Counted from the stretch's first letter, positions 24,795 through 34,372 are shown. The stretch is 51,564 bases of DNA from Spartobacteria bacterium (GCA_009929845.1 RZZM01000002.1:1-51564); one strand, 5' to 3'. Made by a program: numbers and translations. Notes: generated by a model from the sequence alone, not told the origin.

Positions 24795-25622
24795 CTATAT
24801 TTTTGCGCCGCAGTATTTGCAGTATACTGCGTCCGGGTCATGTCCTTCCGCGCCGCAATCCGGACAGGCCTGCGTCGACAGCTCTTCCTGCTGACCAGCC
24901 ATTTCAAAGGTAACGATACCGGTAGGCACGGCAATGATACTGTATCCGAGAATCATAATCACGGACGCCAACGTCCGCCCCAGGGGGGTCTGTGGGGAAA
25001 TATCGCCATAGCCCACGGTGGTGAGGGTGACAATGGCCCAGTAGATACTGTGCGGGATGCTGTCGAAGCCGTTTTCGCGTCCCTCAATCATGTACATGAA
25101 TGATCCAAGCAGGACAACCAGGATAAGCAAGGTTAAAAGGAATACGGCGATTTTCCGGCGGCTGGCCCTGAGCGCCTGCGTGAGGAATCGGACCTCCCCG
25201 ACATAGGTCACGAGTTTAAGGACACGGAAGATGCGCAACACGCGCAAGATGCGGATCACCAGCAGGAACTGGCTCCCAGGCAGGAAAGGACTGATATAGG
25301 TGGGGACAACGCAAATCAGGTCAACCACGCCATAGAAACTGCGGGCATAACGCCACGGGCGCCGGACACACCATAGCCGCAAGATATATTCAGCGGTGAA
25401 AAGAAGGGTGAAGCCCCATTCAAATCCATATAGCACGCCCCCCCAGCGCTGCTCAATGGCGGCCACACTGTCAAGCATGACAACAAGCACACTCAACAGG
25501 ATACAAATGATCAGGGCCACATCAAACGCCTTCCCCGCGGGGGTGTCCGCCTCGAAAATTATCTCCTGCATGCGCGCCTGCAAGGAACGTTCGTCTATCA
25601 GCTCTGTTACCTGATCATTCAT
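24795..25622 (-). CDS. voltage-gated-type 6TM potassium channel with C-terminal zinc-ribbon
   Basis: The K+ selectivity filter is TLTTVGYGD and the S4-like segment is LLVIRILRVLRIFRVLKL. Six hydrophobic segments are visible. The C-terminus reads CPDCGAEGHDPDAVYCKYCGAKI. Confidence 0.9.
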   Translation of the reverse strand: MNDQVTELIDERSLQARMQEIIFEADTPAGKAFDVALIICILLSVLVVMLDSVAAIEQRWGGVLYGFEWGFTLLFTAEYILRLWCVRRPWRYARSFYGVVDLICVVPTYISPFLPGSQFLLVIRILRVLRIFRVLKLVTYVGEVRFLTQALRASRRKIAVFLLTLLILVVLLGSFMYMIEGRENGFDSIPHSIYWAIVTLTTVGYGDISPQTPLGRTLASVIMILGYSIIAVPTGIVTFEMAGQQEELSTQACPDCGAEGHDPDAVYCKYCGAKI

Positions 25623-25681
25623 TGCCGTGCAGTATAGGGTACAGTACGCAGATGTACGAACAGTTTTTTGGGTTTCCTCAC
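25623..25681 (-). promoter_or_regulatory. conserved promoter/operator-like element (copy B), abutting the Kv channel start codon
   Basis: This is a near-copy of 15101-15158. On the minus strand, TATACT is followed by only 8 nt (GCACGGCA) before the ATG at 25622, and there is no SD. A CGTACTGTACC motif lies immediately upstream of CTATACTG. Confidence 0.5.
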
Positions 25682-25736
25682 ATGCCCGGCCCGTCTCATT
25701 CGATCATAGGGTTATTGAGAAGCTGCCAAAAGAGGG

Positions 25737-26450
25737 TCAAAGGAGGACGACCCCGGAGGATTCGAGCGCTTCTTTCTCGGAGGGGCTGAGGATCAAATCC
25801 TCGATCACCGCGGCGGAAAGGCGCGCCTCATCGAGTTTGGCGTCCTGAAGGATAGTGTTGGTAAGGTCCGCCTGGCATAGATTGGCATAAGAAAGGTCGG
25901 CATTCATCAGATTGGCAAAGCTCAGGTTGGCGCCGTACAGGTCAGCGCCGATCAGCGAGGCCTTATAGAGATTGGCGCCGTAGAGGTTAGTCTGTTTGAG
26001 GTTGACATGGTCGAGGCAGGCCTCCCGAAGGTTGGCGCCAAGTAGATTGGCGCCTTGCAGGTTGGCATGTTCGAGGTGTGCGTGACTGAGGCAGGAACCG
26101 GCCATATTCGCGCCCCGCAGACAGGCCCAGGCCAGATTGATCCCCATCATCATCGCCATCTGGAGATAGGCCTCCGTGAGGTCGGCGCCGCGCAAATTGG
26201 CATCGAGCAGCAGGGCACGGTATAGATTGGCCTTGACCATACTGGCCCACGAAATGTCCGCCCGCGAACAATCCGCATCCGCCAGCACCACCCGGTCCAG
26301 CATACTCAGGCTCAGTTGCGCGCCAAACAGGTCGATCCCGCTTAAATCCGCGCCCGCCAAATCCACACCCACCAGGTGGGCATAAGGGAATTTGGCGTTC
26401 GCCAGCAGCTCTCGTCTTGCCAATAGGCTCGTTGGATCTCTTGTTCTCAT
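25737..26450 (-). CDS. pentapeptide-repeat protein
   Basis: A(D/N)LxX pentapeptide periodicity is continuous through most of the 237 aa, for example ADLSGIDLFGAQLSL...ANLQGANLLGANLREACL. Confidence 0.9.
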   Translation of the reverse strand: MRTRDPTSLLARRELLANAKFPYAHLVGVDLAGADLSGIDLFGAQLSLSMLDRVVLADADCSRADISWASMVKANLYRALLLDANLRGADLTEAYLQMAMMMGINLAWACLRGANMAGSCLSHAHLEHANLQGANLLGANLREACLDHVNLKQTNLYGANLYKASLIGADLYGANLSFANLMNADLSYANLCQADLTNTILQDAKLDEARLSAAVIEDLILSPSEKEALESSGVVLL

Positions 26451-26784
26451 CTATCGCTATGCCACGTTAACTTAACTATACCCGGATTTGTCCGTCAGGC
26501 AATCATCGGTTTTAAAGTTACTGTCATTGTTTTCGGTCATATGCCCCAAAAACCTTAGATGTTCAAAAAGAAATACCCCCCCGGAAAAAATTGCCGCCCG
26601 TGAAAGGCACAAAAAATAGCAGAAATAACTTCACACCGCGCAAAAACCCCACTAGACTGCACCAATATTTGAAAACATAAAGATTTACGTTCATTTGAAA
26701 ATGAGACGGAAGAGCAGTGTGAATTTAGAATATGAGAGCCAGGACAGGGATTGGCGCGACCATCGGTCTGAAGGAGATATCTGA

Positions 26785-27063
26785 ATGAGTAAAGATAAGT
26801 CTGAAATAAAAAGAGATATTCTCAATAAATTCAGAGAGGTCAACGCGGGTCCTGGTCGGGCATTGCCACCAAGTTGGCTGGAAATATTCTATAATCCAGG
26901 GTTGAACCCGCAGGAAAAACGGCTGTGCAATGTGGCCGTTGACGAGCTGGTCGAGGACGGTCTGGTCCTTTTTAAGGATGACAGCCGCCGGGTCCTGATT
27001 ATCACCGAAAAAGGTGTCGAGAAAATTTTTAGTAACGGCGAATACTGGTATGCGGACCTGTAA
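26785..27063 (+). CDS. small hypothetical protein (92 aa)
   Basis: An AAGGAG SD lies 8 nt upstream of the ATG. The amino-acid composition looks coding and no family was recognised. Confidence 0.65.
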   Translation: MSKDKSEIKRDILNKFREVNAGPGRALPPSWLEIFYNPGLNPQEKRLCNVAVDELVEDGLVLFKDDSRRVLIITEKGVEKIFSNGEYWYADL

Positions 27064-27152
27064 TTTGGTTGATGTTTCGGACGCGATATAGTACGTTCCC
27101 CGCGTTTATTGCATGATTTGGACAAATCCATTAACATACGAGGTAGCAGGAT

Positions 27153-27815
27153 ATGAGGCATATGGGTACAGTTTTTTTCCGTTGGGTATGGGTTATCTTT
27201 ATGGCTGGATTGTTGTCGCTGCAGACCGGTTGCGGTGGCGATGATGATGGCGATAGCGACAGCAGTAGCGATTTTGGTGATAATAATCCTAAAGTTATTG
27301 CCTGCATGGGTGATTGCATCACCGGCGATATCAACTATCCGGGCGTTTCCCCCTACCCCTCTATCCTGGCAGGCATGCTGCCGGAGAAGACGGTCATCAA
27401 TGAGGGCGGCGGCGCCGCCAAAAGCAGCGACGGCGCGGCGCGCGTCAACAGCGTGCTCAAGAAAGACACCCCCGGCTACCTGCTGATCCTCTATGGCACC
27501 AATGATATCCTGCACAGCCTGGGCCACGACGGCATCATCAATAATCTGCGCTTTATTATCCAGTCCGCCAAAAACAACAAGACCATCCCCATCATCGGCA
27601 CCCTCCCTCCGATGACCTACAGCCACGCGATCTACAACGGCAGTATCGATGCGCTGAATTCAAAAATCCGCCAAATGGCAAGCGAAGAGGGATGCCGCCT
27701 GGCGGACCTGGCCGCTGAATTCAGCGGAACGTCCCCTGAATTGTTCCCGGATGGCCGCCACCCCAATGCGGACGGCGCCGCCATCATCGCGGTCGCCTAC
27801 AAGGAAAAAATCTGA
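27153..27815 (+). CDS. SGNH/GDSL-family hydrolase lipoprotein
   Basis: The lipobox is LLSLQTGCGG. SGNH blocks are present: CMGDCITGD (GDS-like, with Cys at the Ser position), LILYGTNDI and DGRHPNADG. Confidence 0.8.
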   Translation: MRHMGTVFFRWVWVIFMAGLLSLQTGCGGDDDGDSDSSSDFGDNNPKVIACMGDCITGDINYPGVSPYPSILAGMLPEKTVINEGGGAAKSSDGAARVNSVLKKDTPGYLLILYGTNDILHSLGHDGIINNLRFIIQSAKNNKTIPIIGTLPPMTYSHAIYNGSIDALNSKIRQMASEEGCRLADLAAEFSGTSPELFPDGRHPNADGAAIIAVAYKEKI

Positions 27816-27835
27816 TTTTAGACAGGCGTTATATC

Positions 27836-28870
27836 ATGCGGATTTTTCTTGTTGCGGCAGCGCTCTGCCTGCTGGGTTTTCCCGGATGGAGCAATGACCA
27901 GGCGTATATAGACGGGATGAAACGGCGCTTTTCCCCGGCCCTGCCCACGGTAGCCCTGACCTACCGTGTATCCTACCGGCTGCTGGGCATGAACCTGATT
28001 GAAGTGGCCTATGCCCGCCTGGAATCCACCGAAGGCTACTGGGTCACGCCTGCTTCCATCGAACCCGTCCGCGCCTGCTTTATGGAACTGGCCCTCCAGA
28101 CACCGAACTGTGAAAAGAAAAACTCGGAAAAGAGCCGCGTGTACATCAACAACAAATTGATCTCCGTGGTGACCATGCCTGAATTGACCACCCTCTATTA
28201 CATCAAAAAGACTGACGAGTCGATCCGTCCCCTCTTCGGCAAGGGCAAACGCGTGAACAGCATGCATATCTATAACCTCGAGAGTGACGCGCTTGATTTT
28301 TACTCCCGGGACTACCTGACCGGTACGGTGCGCACCAACCTGGAAAACGGGGCTATGGATATGGCCGCCCAGGGCCGCGAGGTGATTGATGTGCTGACCA
28401 GGATGTCGGATGTCTACAACGAACGGATCGGGCACATCACGCCCGATTCGGAATTCAGGATCTATGTGAACTGCGACGGGACCGCCGTGCCATTTGCCGC
28501 ACGCACCCGGACGGAACATATACACCTGCTCGGCCATCAGTGGAAAGCGCTGCGATGCGATGTGATGCCGGCCCGGGAAGCCCCGAAAATCAAAAATCGC
28601 GACTTCGCCATGTGGGCGGTTTCCCTGGACACCTTCGCGGAGGTTATCGACGACCCGGTCATCCGGGACATCGCCGAACAGACGCCCGACTGGAGCATGA
28701 CCCCGCTCCTGGCCAACTACGAACTCTGCCTCGGCGCCATCCGCTGTACCCTCGACCAGGTTGAAACCATCGACAACACCGGCGTCACCCTCCTCGAAGC
28801 GGAAAAACAACACAGCCAGGCCATCATCATCAGTGAAGAAGAAATCAACGCCCCGGTGTACAGCCAGTAA
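27836..28870 (+). CDS. secreted hypothetical protein (possibly DUF3108-like)
   Basis: The signal peptide reads MRIFLVAAALCLLGFPGWS. The competing 366-aa ORF on the opposite strand has an antisense-type composition rich in G/R/V/D/F. The family assignment is weak. Confidence 0.7.
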   Translation: MRIFLVAAALCLLGFPGWSNDQAYIDGMKRRFSPALPTVALTYRVSYRLLGMNLIEVAYARLESTEGYWVTPASIEPVRACFMELALQTPNCEKKNSEKSRVYINNKLISVVTMPELTTLYYIKKTDESIRPLFGKGKRVNSMHIYNLESDALDFYSRDYLTGTVRTNLENGAMDMAAQGREVIDVLTRMSDVYNERIGHITPDSEFRIYVNCDGTAVPFAARTRTEHIHLLGHQWKALRCDVMPAREAPKIKNRDFAMWAVSLDTFAEVIDDPVIRDIAEQTPDWSMTPLLANYELCLGAIRCTLDQVETIDNTGVTLLEAEKQHSQAIIISEEEINAPVYSQ

Positions 28871-29018
28871 TGGCTTTCTATATATAATCTGTGAAAATCT
28901 GCGTAATCTGTGGGCCACTTTTTATGGTTGCGGCTCTGCTGCGCCAGGCCCATCCGAGATTAAAATCAGGCATATTTGCGGTTGCCATGCCCCTGGGGTG
29001 CTCTGGTAGCATCCCTCC

Positions 29019-29942
29019 ATGAAGCAAGCTGGCAAAATAAACGCGCCGCGAGGCGCATGGCGGGTCATGGCGCGACGCCCCATGACGTGTTTTTGCCTGT
29101 TGGTTATTATCCTCTTCACCCTTGTCGCCGCATACGGGGAATGGGTGTACCAGTATTACCGGCTGCATGACAAGACCCCACCCTACCAAAGCACCGACAT
29201 GTCCGCGCGCTACCGGCCGCCGTCCCTGTTTTCCAGGGAGGCGTACGCCGACGGCACCGCGTTTGTCCATCCGCTGGGGACGGATAACCTCGGACGCGAT
29301 GTCCTCCAGCGCATCGTCCAGGGGACCCGCATCGCCTTTCATGTGGGGGTGATCACCTCGCTGATCGCCATTCCCATCGGTGTATTCCTGGGATGTGTCG
29401 CGGGTTACTTCGGCGGGCGCGTGGACGCGCTCATTGTCTGGCTGTACTCAACCGTCGCGTCCATGCCGGGTATCCTCTTCATCCTGGCCATCGCCATGCT
29501 GGTGGGCAAAGGCCTTACCGGCATCTATCTGGGGATCGGCCTGACGACCTGGGTGGGCATCTGCCGCCTGATCCGCGGCGAGGTCATCAAACACAGGGAA
29601 CGCCCTTACGTACAGGCCGCCCGGGTACTCGGGTACAGTCACTTCCGCATCCTTTTCCGGCATATCCTGCCCAACGTTTCCCATGTCATCCTCATTATCC
29701 TGTCCATCCGATTTCCCGCGGCGGTCGGGACCGAGGTGTTCATGAGTTTCCTGGGCATCGGCGTGCAGCATGAGCCGTCATGGGGCATCATGATCAACAA
29801 CGCCCGGCTGCGCCTCTGGCAGGGCATCTGGTGGGAAATGACCTTTGTCACCCTCGCCATCTTCGTGCTGGTCCTGTCGTTCAACCTCATGGGCGACGCC
29901 CTGCGGGACGCCTTTGACCCGCGCCTGAACCGGGAAGCGTAA
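29019..29942 (+). CDS. ABC transporter permease, DppC/OppC family
   Basis: LGTDNLGRDVLQRIVQGTRIAF and an EAA-type loop (VQAARVLGYSHFRILFRHILPN) are present, with six hydrophobic segments. No partner DppA/B/D/F genes lie in the window. Confidence 0.88.
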   Translation: MKQAGKINAPRGAWRVMARRPMTCFCLLVIILFTLVAAYGEWVYQYYRLHDKTPPYQSTDMSARYRPPSLFSREAYADGTAFVHPLGTDNLGRDVLQRIVQGTRIAFHVGVITSLIAIPIGVFLGCVAGYFGGRVDALIVWLYSTVASMPGILFILAIAMLVGKGLTGIYLGIGLTTWVGICRLIRGEVIKHRERPYVQAARVLGYSHFRILFRHILPNVSHVILIILSIRFPAAVGTEVFMSFLGIGVQHEPSWGIMINNARLRLWQGIWWEMTFVTLAIFVLVLSFNLMGDALRDAFDPRLNREA

Positions 29943-29978
29943 GTCGCCCCCCCGGACTATCATCTATCCGAAAACCGT

Positions 29979-31046
29979 TCAGCCGTGTTGTTTTTCTTTT
30001 ATGCGGTCCTGCTCAGCCGAAACACCGTTCGCGCTCCCCCCGCCAATACGCGCAATCAGGCACGTGCAGGCAAACCCGGCCACAATCAGCCCCATCGCAC
30101 CACCAATCTGTTTGCCGGATGGACGAAAAAAAGCTGTGGGATAATCCTCCGCCTCCAGCTCTTGCAGCGTTTGCTCGGTCAAAACCTGTCCCTTCACCAT
30201 ATCGCCGACGACCGGCTTCACGCCTTCCTGAAAAGGCCACAACCCCACCACGGCTCCCAAGAGCAGGCCCAGCAGTACACCCAGCGTCGCCTTTTCCCAG
30301 CGTCGCAGAAAAATACGCAACAGGTTGCTGATCAGCACCACGCCAATTACCATGCCGATGCCGACCGGCAGGACCACCGTCAGGCTGATCTGCGCCACAT
30401 CCGAAAACACCTGCGCCTTGAGCGCCTCCTTGAGCGCATCCACGGCCGAAAGAATCGGCACATACTGTCCCAACACCAGCAACAGATACCCGCCGCTGAT
30501 CCCCGGAAGAATCATCGCTCCCGCGCCGGCCACGCCCGCCACGAACATCATCACCACGCTACCTGAGCCGCCGCCGTCCGCCCCGTATTTCGACTGCTGC
30601 ATCAGCGCCACAACCGCCATCACCACAAACCCGCAAATCGCCCCGATCCACGAACTTGCGCGCGCCGGACGCAGCATCCTCCACACAATCGGAATCCCCC
30701 CGAATGTCAGCCCGATAAACAGGCTGTACATCACCCATCGGTGATCCACCACCAGATCCTTGACTGTGCCCGCCAGCAACAGAATCGCCATTCCCGACGA
30801 CGCCACCACAGAAACGAGCACCACCAGGCTGCGCAGCCGGAAGCGCAATGTCGTCACCTCCGCAATCGCATTGATAAAGCGTGGATATACCCCCGAGGCC
30901 AGCAGCATCGTGCCCCCGCTGATGCCCGGCACCAGATTCGCCAGCCCCATCAGCACGCCACCAATCACACTGCGTACCGCCAGCAGCGAGATGCGTCCCT
31001 CCAACATCAACTCACCTTCCTGGCTTTGTTCCTGTTCGCTGTTCAT
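29979..31046 (-). CDS. DUF368 family membrane protein (family recently linked to undecaprenyl-phosphate recycling)
   Basis: The DUF368 signature is duplicated: LVPGISGGTMLL and LPGISGGYLLLVLGQY. The protein is polytopic. The ATG at 31046 follows AAAGGACAGGAAA; the track ORF starts at a GTG at 31079. Confidence 0.82.
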   Translation of the reverse strand: MNSEQEQSQEGELMLEGRISLLAVRSVIGGVLMGLANLVPGISGGTMLLASGVYPRFINAIAEVTTLRFRLRSLVVLVSVVASSGMAILLLAGTVKDLVVDHRWVMYSLFIGLTFGGIPIVWRMLRPARASSWIGAICGFVVMAVVALMQQSKYGADGGGSGSVVMMFVAGVAGAGAMILPGISGGYLLLVLGQYVPILSAVDALKEALKAQVFSDVAQISLTVVLPVGIGMVIGVVLISNLLRIFLRRWEKATLGVLLGLLLGAVVGLWPFQEGVKPVVGDMVKGQVLTEQTLQELEAEDYPTAFFRPSGKQIGGAMGLIVAGFACTCLIARIGGGSANGVSAEQDRIKEKQHG

Positions 31047-31215
31047 TTTCCTGTCCTTTCTATTAAATTTCCGCGGCACTGTTCTGAAATATCGGGCGAA
31101 GGTAGCGGATCGAGAAGTGACAGGTCAAGAAAAAGGGCAACACATTGGCGTCACTTTAACTTCCAAACAAAGGTAAGAAGTGCTGATCTTTGGTTTGATC
31201 CAATTATGCATAGGA

Positions 31216-31881
31216 TCACATGGCGTCCAGGGACCATCCCTCCGCGCCCAGCAACGGCACAAAACGGCACCCGCCCAGCGACTGCTCCGTCACCTGACCG
31301 CCCTGTTTGGTAATCAACAGCAACTGCTGGACAAAACGGTCGCCCACCGGTATCACCATGCGTCCACCTTCCGCCAACTGCGCCAGCAGGCTCGGGGGCG
31401 CGGCAGGCGCGCCGGCAGTCACGCATATGGCGTCAAAAGGCGCCGCCTCAGGCCAGCCCAACGTCCCGTCCCCCTGCCGAAACCGGATGTTCCGGCAGCC
31501 CATGTTTGACAACAGGGCCTCGGCCTTTTCGGACAGCGAGGCGAGATACTCGACCGTATACACCTCGCTCACCAGCGCCGAAAGAACTGCCGTCTGATAG
31601 CCCGAACCGGTCCCCACCTCCAGCACACGGTCCGTGGGCTGCAACCGAAGCGCGTCGGTCATCCAGGCGACCATGTACGGCTGTGAAATCGTCTGCCCGG
31701 CGCCGATGGACACCGGATGGTCGCCATAGGCATCTTGCAGCGAGGCCCCCGGGATGAACCGTTCACGCGGCAGGGCGCGAATGACATCCAGCAGACGCTC
31801 GTCGCTTATCCCCCGCGCACGGATGTGTCGTTCAACAAGCCGTTCGCGTAATGTGGCGGCAATTTGCTCATCAGGCGACAT
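31216..31881 (-). CDS. pcm: protein-L-isoaspartate O-methyltransferase
   Basis: Diagnostic motifs are GQTISQPYMVA, VLEVGTGSGYQTAVL and GGRMVIPVG. The gene overlaps the upstream GT2 gene by 11 nt. Confidence 0.93.
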   Translation of the reverse strand: MSPDEQIAATLRERLVERHIRARGISDERLLDVIRALPRERFIPGASLQDAYGDHPVSIGAGQTISQPYMVAWMTDALRLQPTDRVLEVGTGSGYQTAVLSALVSEVYTVEYLASLSEKAEALLSNMGCRNIRFRQGDGTLGWPEAAPFDAICVTAGAPAAPPSLLAQLAEGGRMVIPVGDRFVQQLLLITKQGGQVTEQSLGGCRFVPLLGAEGWSLDAM

Positions 31882-32596
31882 AACGGCGCTTCCCGCGTTT
31901 TCTTTTATAGTTCATCAACATCGAAAAGAACCGGATGGTATCGCTTAACGGATTGATTTTGCTGTCGCCCCGGCCGTCGGCGTAAATGGTCGGCACGGAT
32001 ACGGAATCCATCCGCACCCCCCGTTCCGCGATATGCAGCAGGATTTCGGATTCCGCGGCAAAGCGTTCCGATTCGGTCGCGACGTAGGGGATCAGGTCGC
32101 AACGGTATAACCGGTATCCGCACTGGGTATCGGGGATGTATTGCCCCATCGTTTTGCTCAGAAGGGCGCTCATGAAGCGGTTGGTCCACCGGCGAATCAA
32201 TGGCATATGCGAGACATCGGACATGCGGTTGCCAATCAACACCGGGATGCCGGTCCGGTCATAGGCCTCAATAAAATCCGCGATCAGTTCCGGATCGTGC
32301 TGCCCGTCCGCATCCATGGTAATGACCACGTCATATCCCCGCTCACGCACCTCGCGAAACCCCGTGTTCAGAGCCACGCCCTTACCCTTGTTGGTCTCGT
32401 GACGGATAACAATCGCCCCGGTCATGGCGGCCTCTTCCGCCGTCGCGTCCGGCGAGCCGTCATCAATGACAATCACATCCGGGCAATGCTGCAGCGCCGC
32501 CTGCACCACCGTGGCGATGTTTTTCTCCTCCCGAAACGCCGGAATCAACACGCAATAACGTGTTCCCATCCGGTCTTTGTCCTCATGTGTTTCCAT
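31871..32596 (-). CDS. family 2 glycosyltransferase (polyprenol-phosphate sugar synthase-like)
   Basis: GT2 motifs are VLIPAFREEKNI, VIVIDDGSPDAT and ITMDADGQHDP (DxD). The ATG at 32596 follows GAAAGGA; the track ORF starts further upstream at 32626. Confidence 0.88.
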   Translation of the reverse strand: METHEDKDRMGTRYCVLIPAFREEKNIATVVQAALQHCPDVIVIDDGSPDATAEEAAMTGAIVIRHETNKGKGVALNTGFREVRERGYDVVITMDADGQHDPELIADFIEAYDRTGIPVLIGNRMSDVSHMPLIRRWTNRFMSALLSKTMGQYIPDTQCGYRLYRCDLIPYVATESERFAAESEILLHIAERGVRMDSVSVPTIYADGRGDSKINPLSDTIRFFSMLMNYKRKRGKRRYVA

Positions 32597-33461
32597 TGGA
32601 AGTCCTTTCTGACCAGAAATCATCAAAGATAAACCACTGATGCGGATTCTCGCCTATTTCCTGTTCAAGGACACGACATATCCGCTCGCGGATAGCGTCT
32701 TCGCTGTCCATGTCCTCCGGATAAATCGGAGGATGAAACCGGGCCAGGAAGGTGTCATCCACCTGCCGCAGCACGAACGAAGGCAGGATCGGCGCCCCCA
32801 ACCGCCACGACAACCAGGACGGGCCGCGCGGCATGCGGGCTTCCCGGCCGAAAAATTCGACGAGGTCATTGCGCGGCGTGAAATCCCGGTCGCCCAGCAA
32901 CGCGACCATCTCCCCTTTTTTCAGGCAGCGAATCACACTGGAGGCCGAATGGCCCAGCGGCACCACCCGCACCCCGCGCCGTCGACGCTGACGCTCGAAA
33001 AGTGCGTCGAGTTTCTGGACGTTCTGGGGAAGAAAAACCGCGTTGATATTGTAGCCCATGCCGGAAAGCACCGCGCCGCCAAACTCCCAGTTGCCAAAGT
33101 GGGCCGTCAAAATGATGACCCCCTTTTCCCGCTGGAGGACCTCTTCAAAGTACTCGTTGTGCTGGATGCTGATCAGGTGCTCGATCTCATCACGGGTCAC
33201 CTGGGAAAACCTGAAAAAATCCACCAGGTATTTGCCGAAATATTGAAAGGTTTTTCGGGCCTGGCCTTCCAGCGTATCTTTAGAGGGAATCGTCCCCTGG
33301 GCCTTGTATATCTGCGTCAGGTTGTTGATCACCGCGGCACGGTCTTTATGGCGCGTATGGTAAAAATGATCCGCCAATCGCAGCCCGCACCAGTACCCCA
33401 TCGGCCGGGGCAGCGCCCGGCTCAGGATACTCGCCGTCTTATAGCAGAAATACTCGCTCAT
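32583..33461 (-). CDS. LpxL/HtrB-family lysophospholipid (lipid A-type) acyltransferase
   Basis: The HX4(D/E) acyltransferase motif appears in LTAHFGNWEFGG. Length and order match the lauroyl/myristoyl acyltransferase family. Its start overlaps the lipA stop in an ATGA junction. Confidence 0.85.
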   Translation of the reverse strand: MSEYFCYKTASILSRALPRPMGYWCGLRLADHFYHTRHKDRAAVINNLTQIYKAQGTIPSKDTLEGQARKTFQYFGKYLVDFFRFSQVTRDEIEHLISIQHNEYFEEVLQREKGVIILTAHFGNWEFGGAVLSGMGYNINAVFLPQNVQKLDALFERQRRRRGVRVVPLGHSASSVIRCLKKGEMVALLGDRDFTPRNDLVEFFGREARMPRGPSWLSWRLGAPILPSFVLRQVDDTFLARFHPPIYPEDMDSEDAIRERICRVLEQEIGENPHQWFIFDDFWSERTSNGNT

Positions 33462-34312
33462 CGCGCCTGCCTCATCAATTCATCCGCCTTGTAGGACGAA
33501 CGAACCAGGGGCGCGGAGGCCACCGCGCGAAAGCCCAGGTCAAGGGCCGTCTCCCGTAACACCCTGAATACATCGGGTTCAAGATAGTCCACCACGGGTT
33601 GATGGGCGCGACTGGGCGCCAGATACTGTCCGATGGTCAACATCGAGCAGCCCGTAGCCAGGATATCCCGCATGGTCTCGTTGAGTTCATCCATGGTCTC
33701 CCCCAGCCCGACCATGAGACCCGTCTTGACCAGTACCGCCGGCTCGCGGGACGCCGCGTGGCGCAGCACGCCCAGCGAGCGCGCATAAGCCGCCTGCGGA
33801 CGTACAATCGGCTGAAGGCGCCTGACGGTTTCCATATTGTGGTTAAAAACATCCGGTCGCGCCGCCAATACAGCGTCAATGGAAGCCGTTTGCCCGCCGA
33901 AATCAGGAACCAGCACCTCGACAGAGACTGAGGGAAGCGTCTCCCGAAGGGCCTGGATGCATTCGGCAAAGAACGCCGCGCCGCCATCGGGCAGGTCATC
34001 GCGCGTGACACTGGTGATGACCACATGGTTCAAGCGCATGGACTGCGCCGCCTGCGCCACCTGCCGGGGTTCCCCTGGATCAAGCGGTTGCGGCGCCCCG
34101 CTTTGAACCGCGCAAAACGTGCAGTTGCGCGTACAAACATCCCCCATAATCATGAATGTGGCTGTTCCCTTGTTCCAGCACTCGTGCCGATTGGGGCACT
34201 GCGCGCTGGCGCAAACCGTGTGCAGGTCCAGGTCGGCGAGCAGCCCGCACACCTGACCATAAGCCTTGTCCGTCTTTAACGACGCGCGTATCCATGGAGG
34301 TAACCGTCTCAT
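33458..34312 (-). CDS. lipA: lipoyl synthase
   Basis: The protein contains CPNRHECWNKGTATFMIMGDVCTRNCTFCAV (auxiliary plus radical-SAM clusters) and a C-terminal SSY. The ATG at 34312 (MRRLPPWIR) is preferred over the upstream TTG at 34354. Confidence 0.93.
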   Translation of the reverse strand: MRRLPPWIRASLKTDKAYGQVCGLLADLDLHTVCASAQCPNRHECWNKGTATFMIMGDVCTRNCTFCAVQSGAPQPLDPGEPRQVAQAAQSMRLNHVVITSVTRDDLPDGGAAFFAECIQALRETLPSVSVEVLVPDFGGQTASIDAVLAARPDVFNHNMETVRRLQPIVRPQAAYARSLGVLRHAASREPAVLVKTGLMVGLGETMDELNETMRDILATGCSMLTIGQYLAPSRAHQPVVDYLEPDVFRVLRETALDLGFRAVASAPLVRSSYKADELMRQAR

Positions 34313-34372
34313 GGCAGGGGAATCTAATATCCCTGAAAAAGATGTCAAACACAATGCGCCCGAAACGCGCCA

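Noticed and set aside
27818-28918. 366-aa minus-strand ORF competing with the 344-aa plus-strand ORF
   Set aside because: The plus-strand product has a signal peptide and balanced composition. The minus-strand product has an antisense-type composition and no motifs, so the plus strand was chosen.
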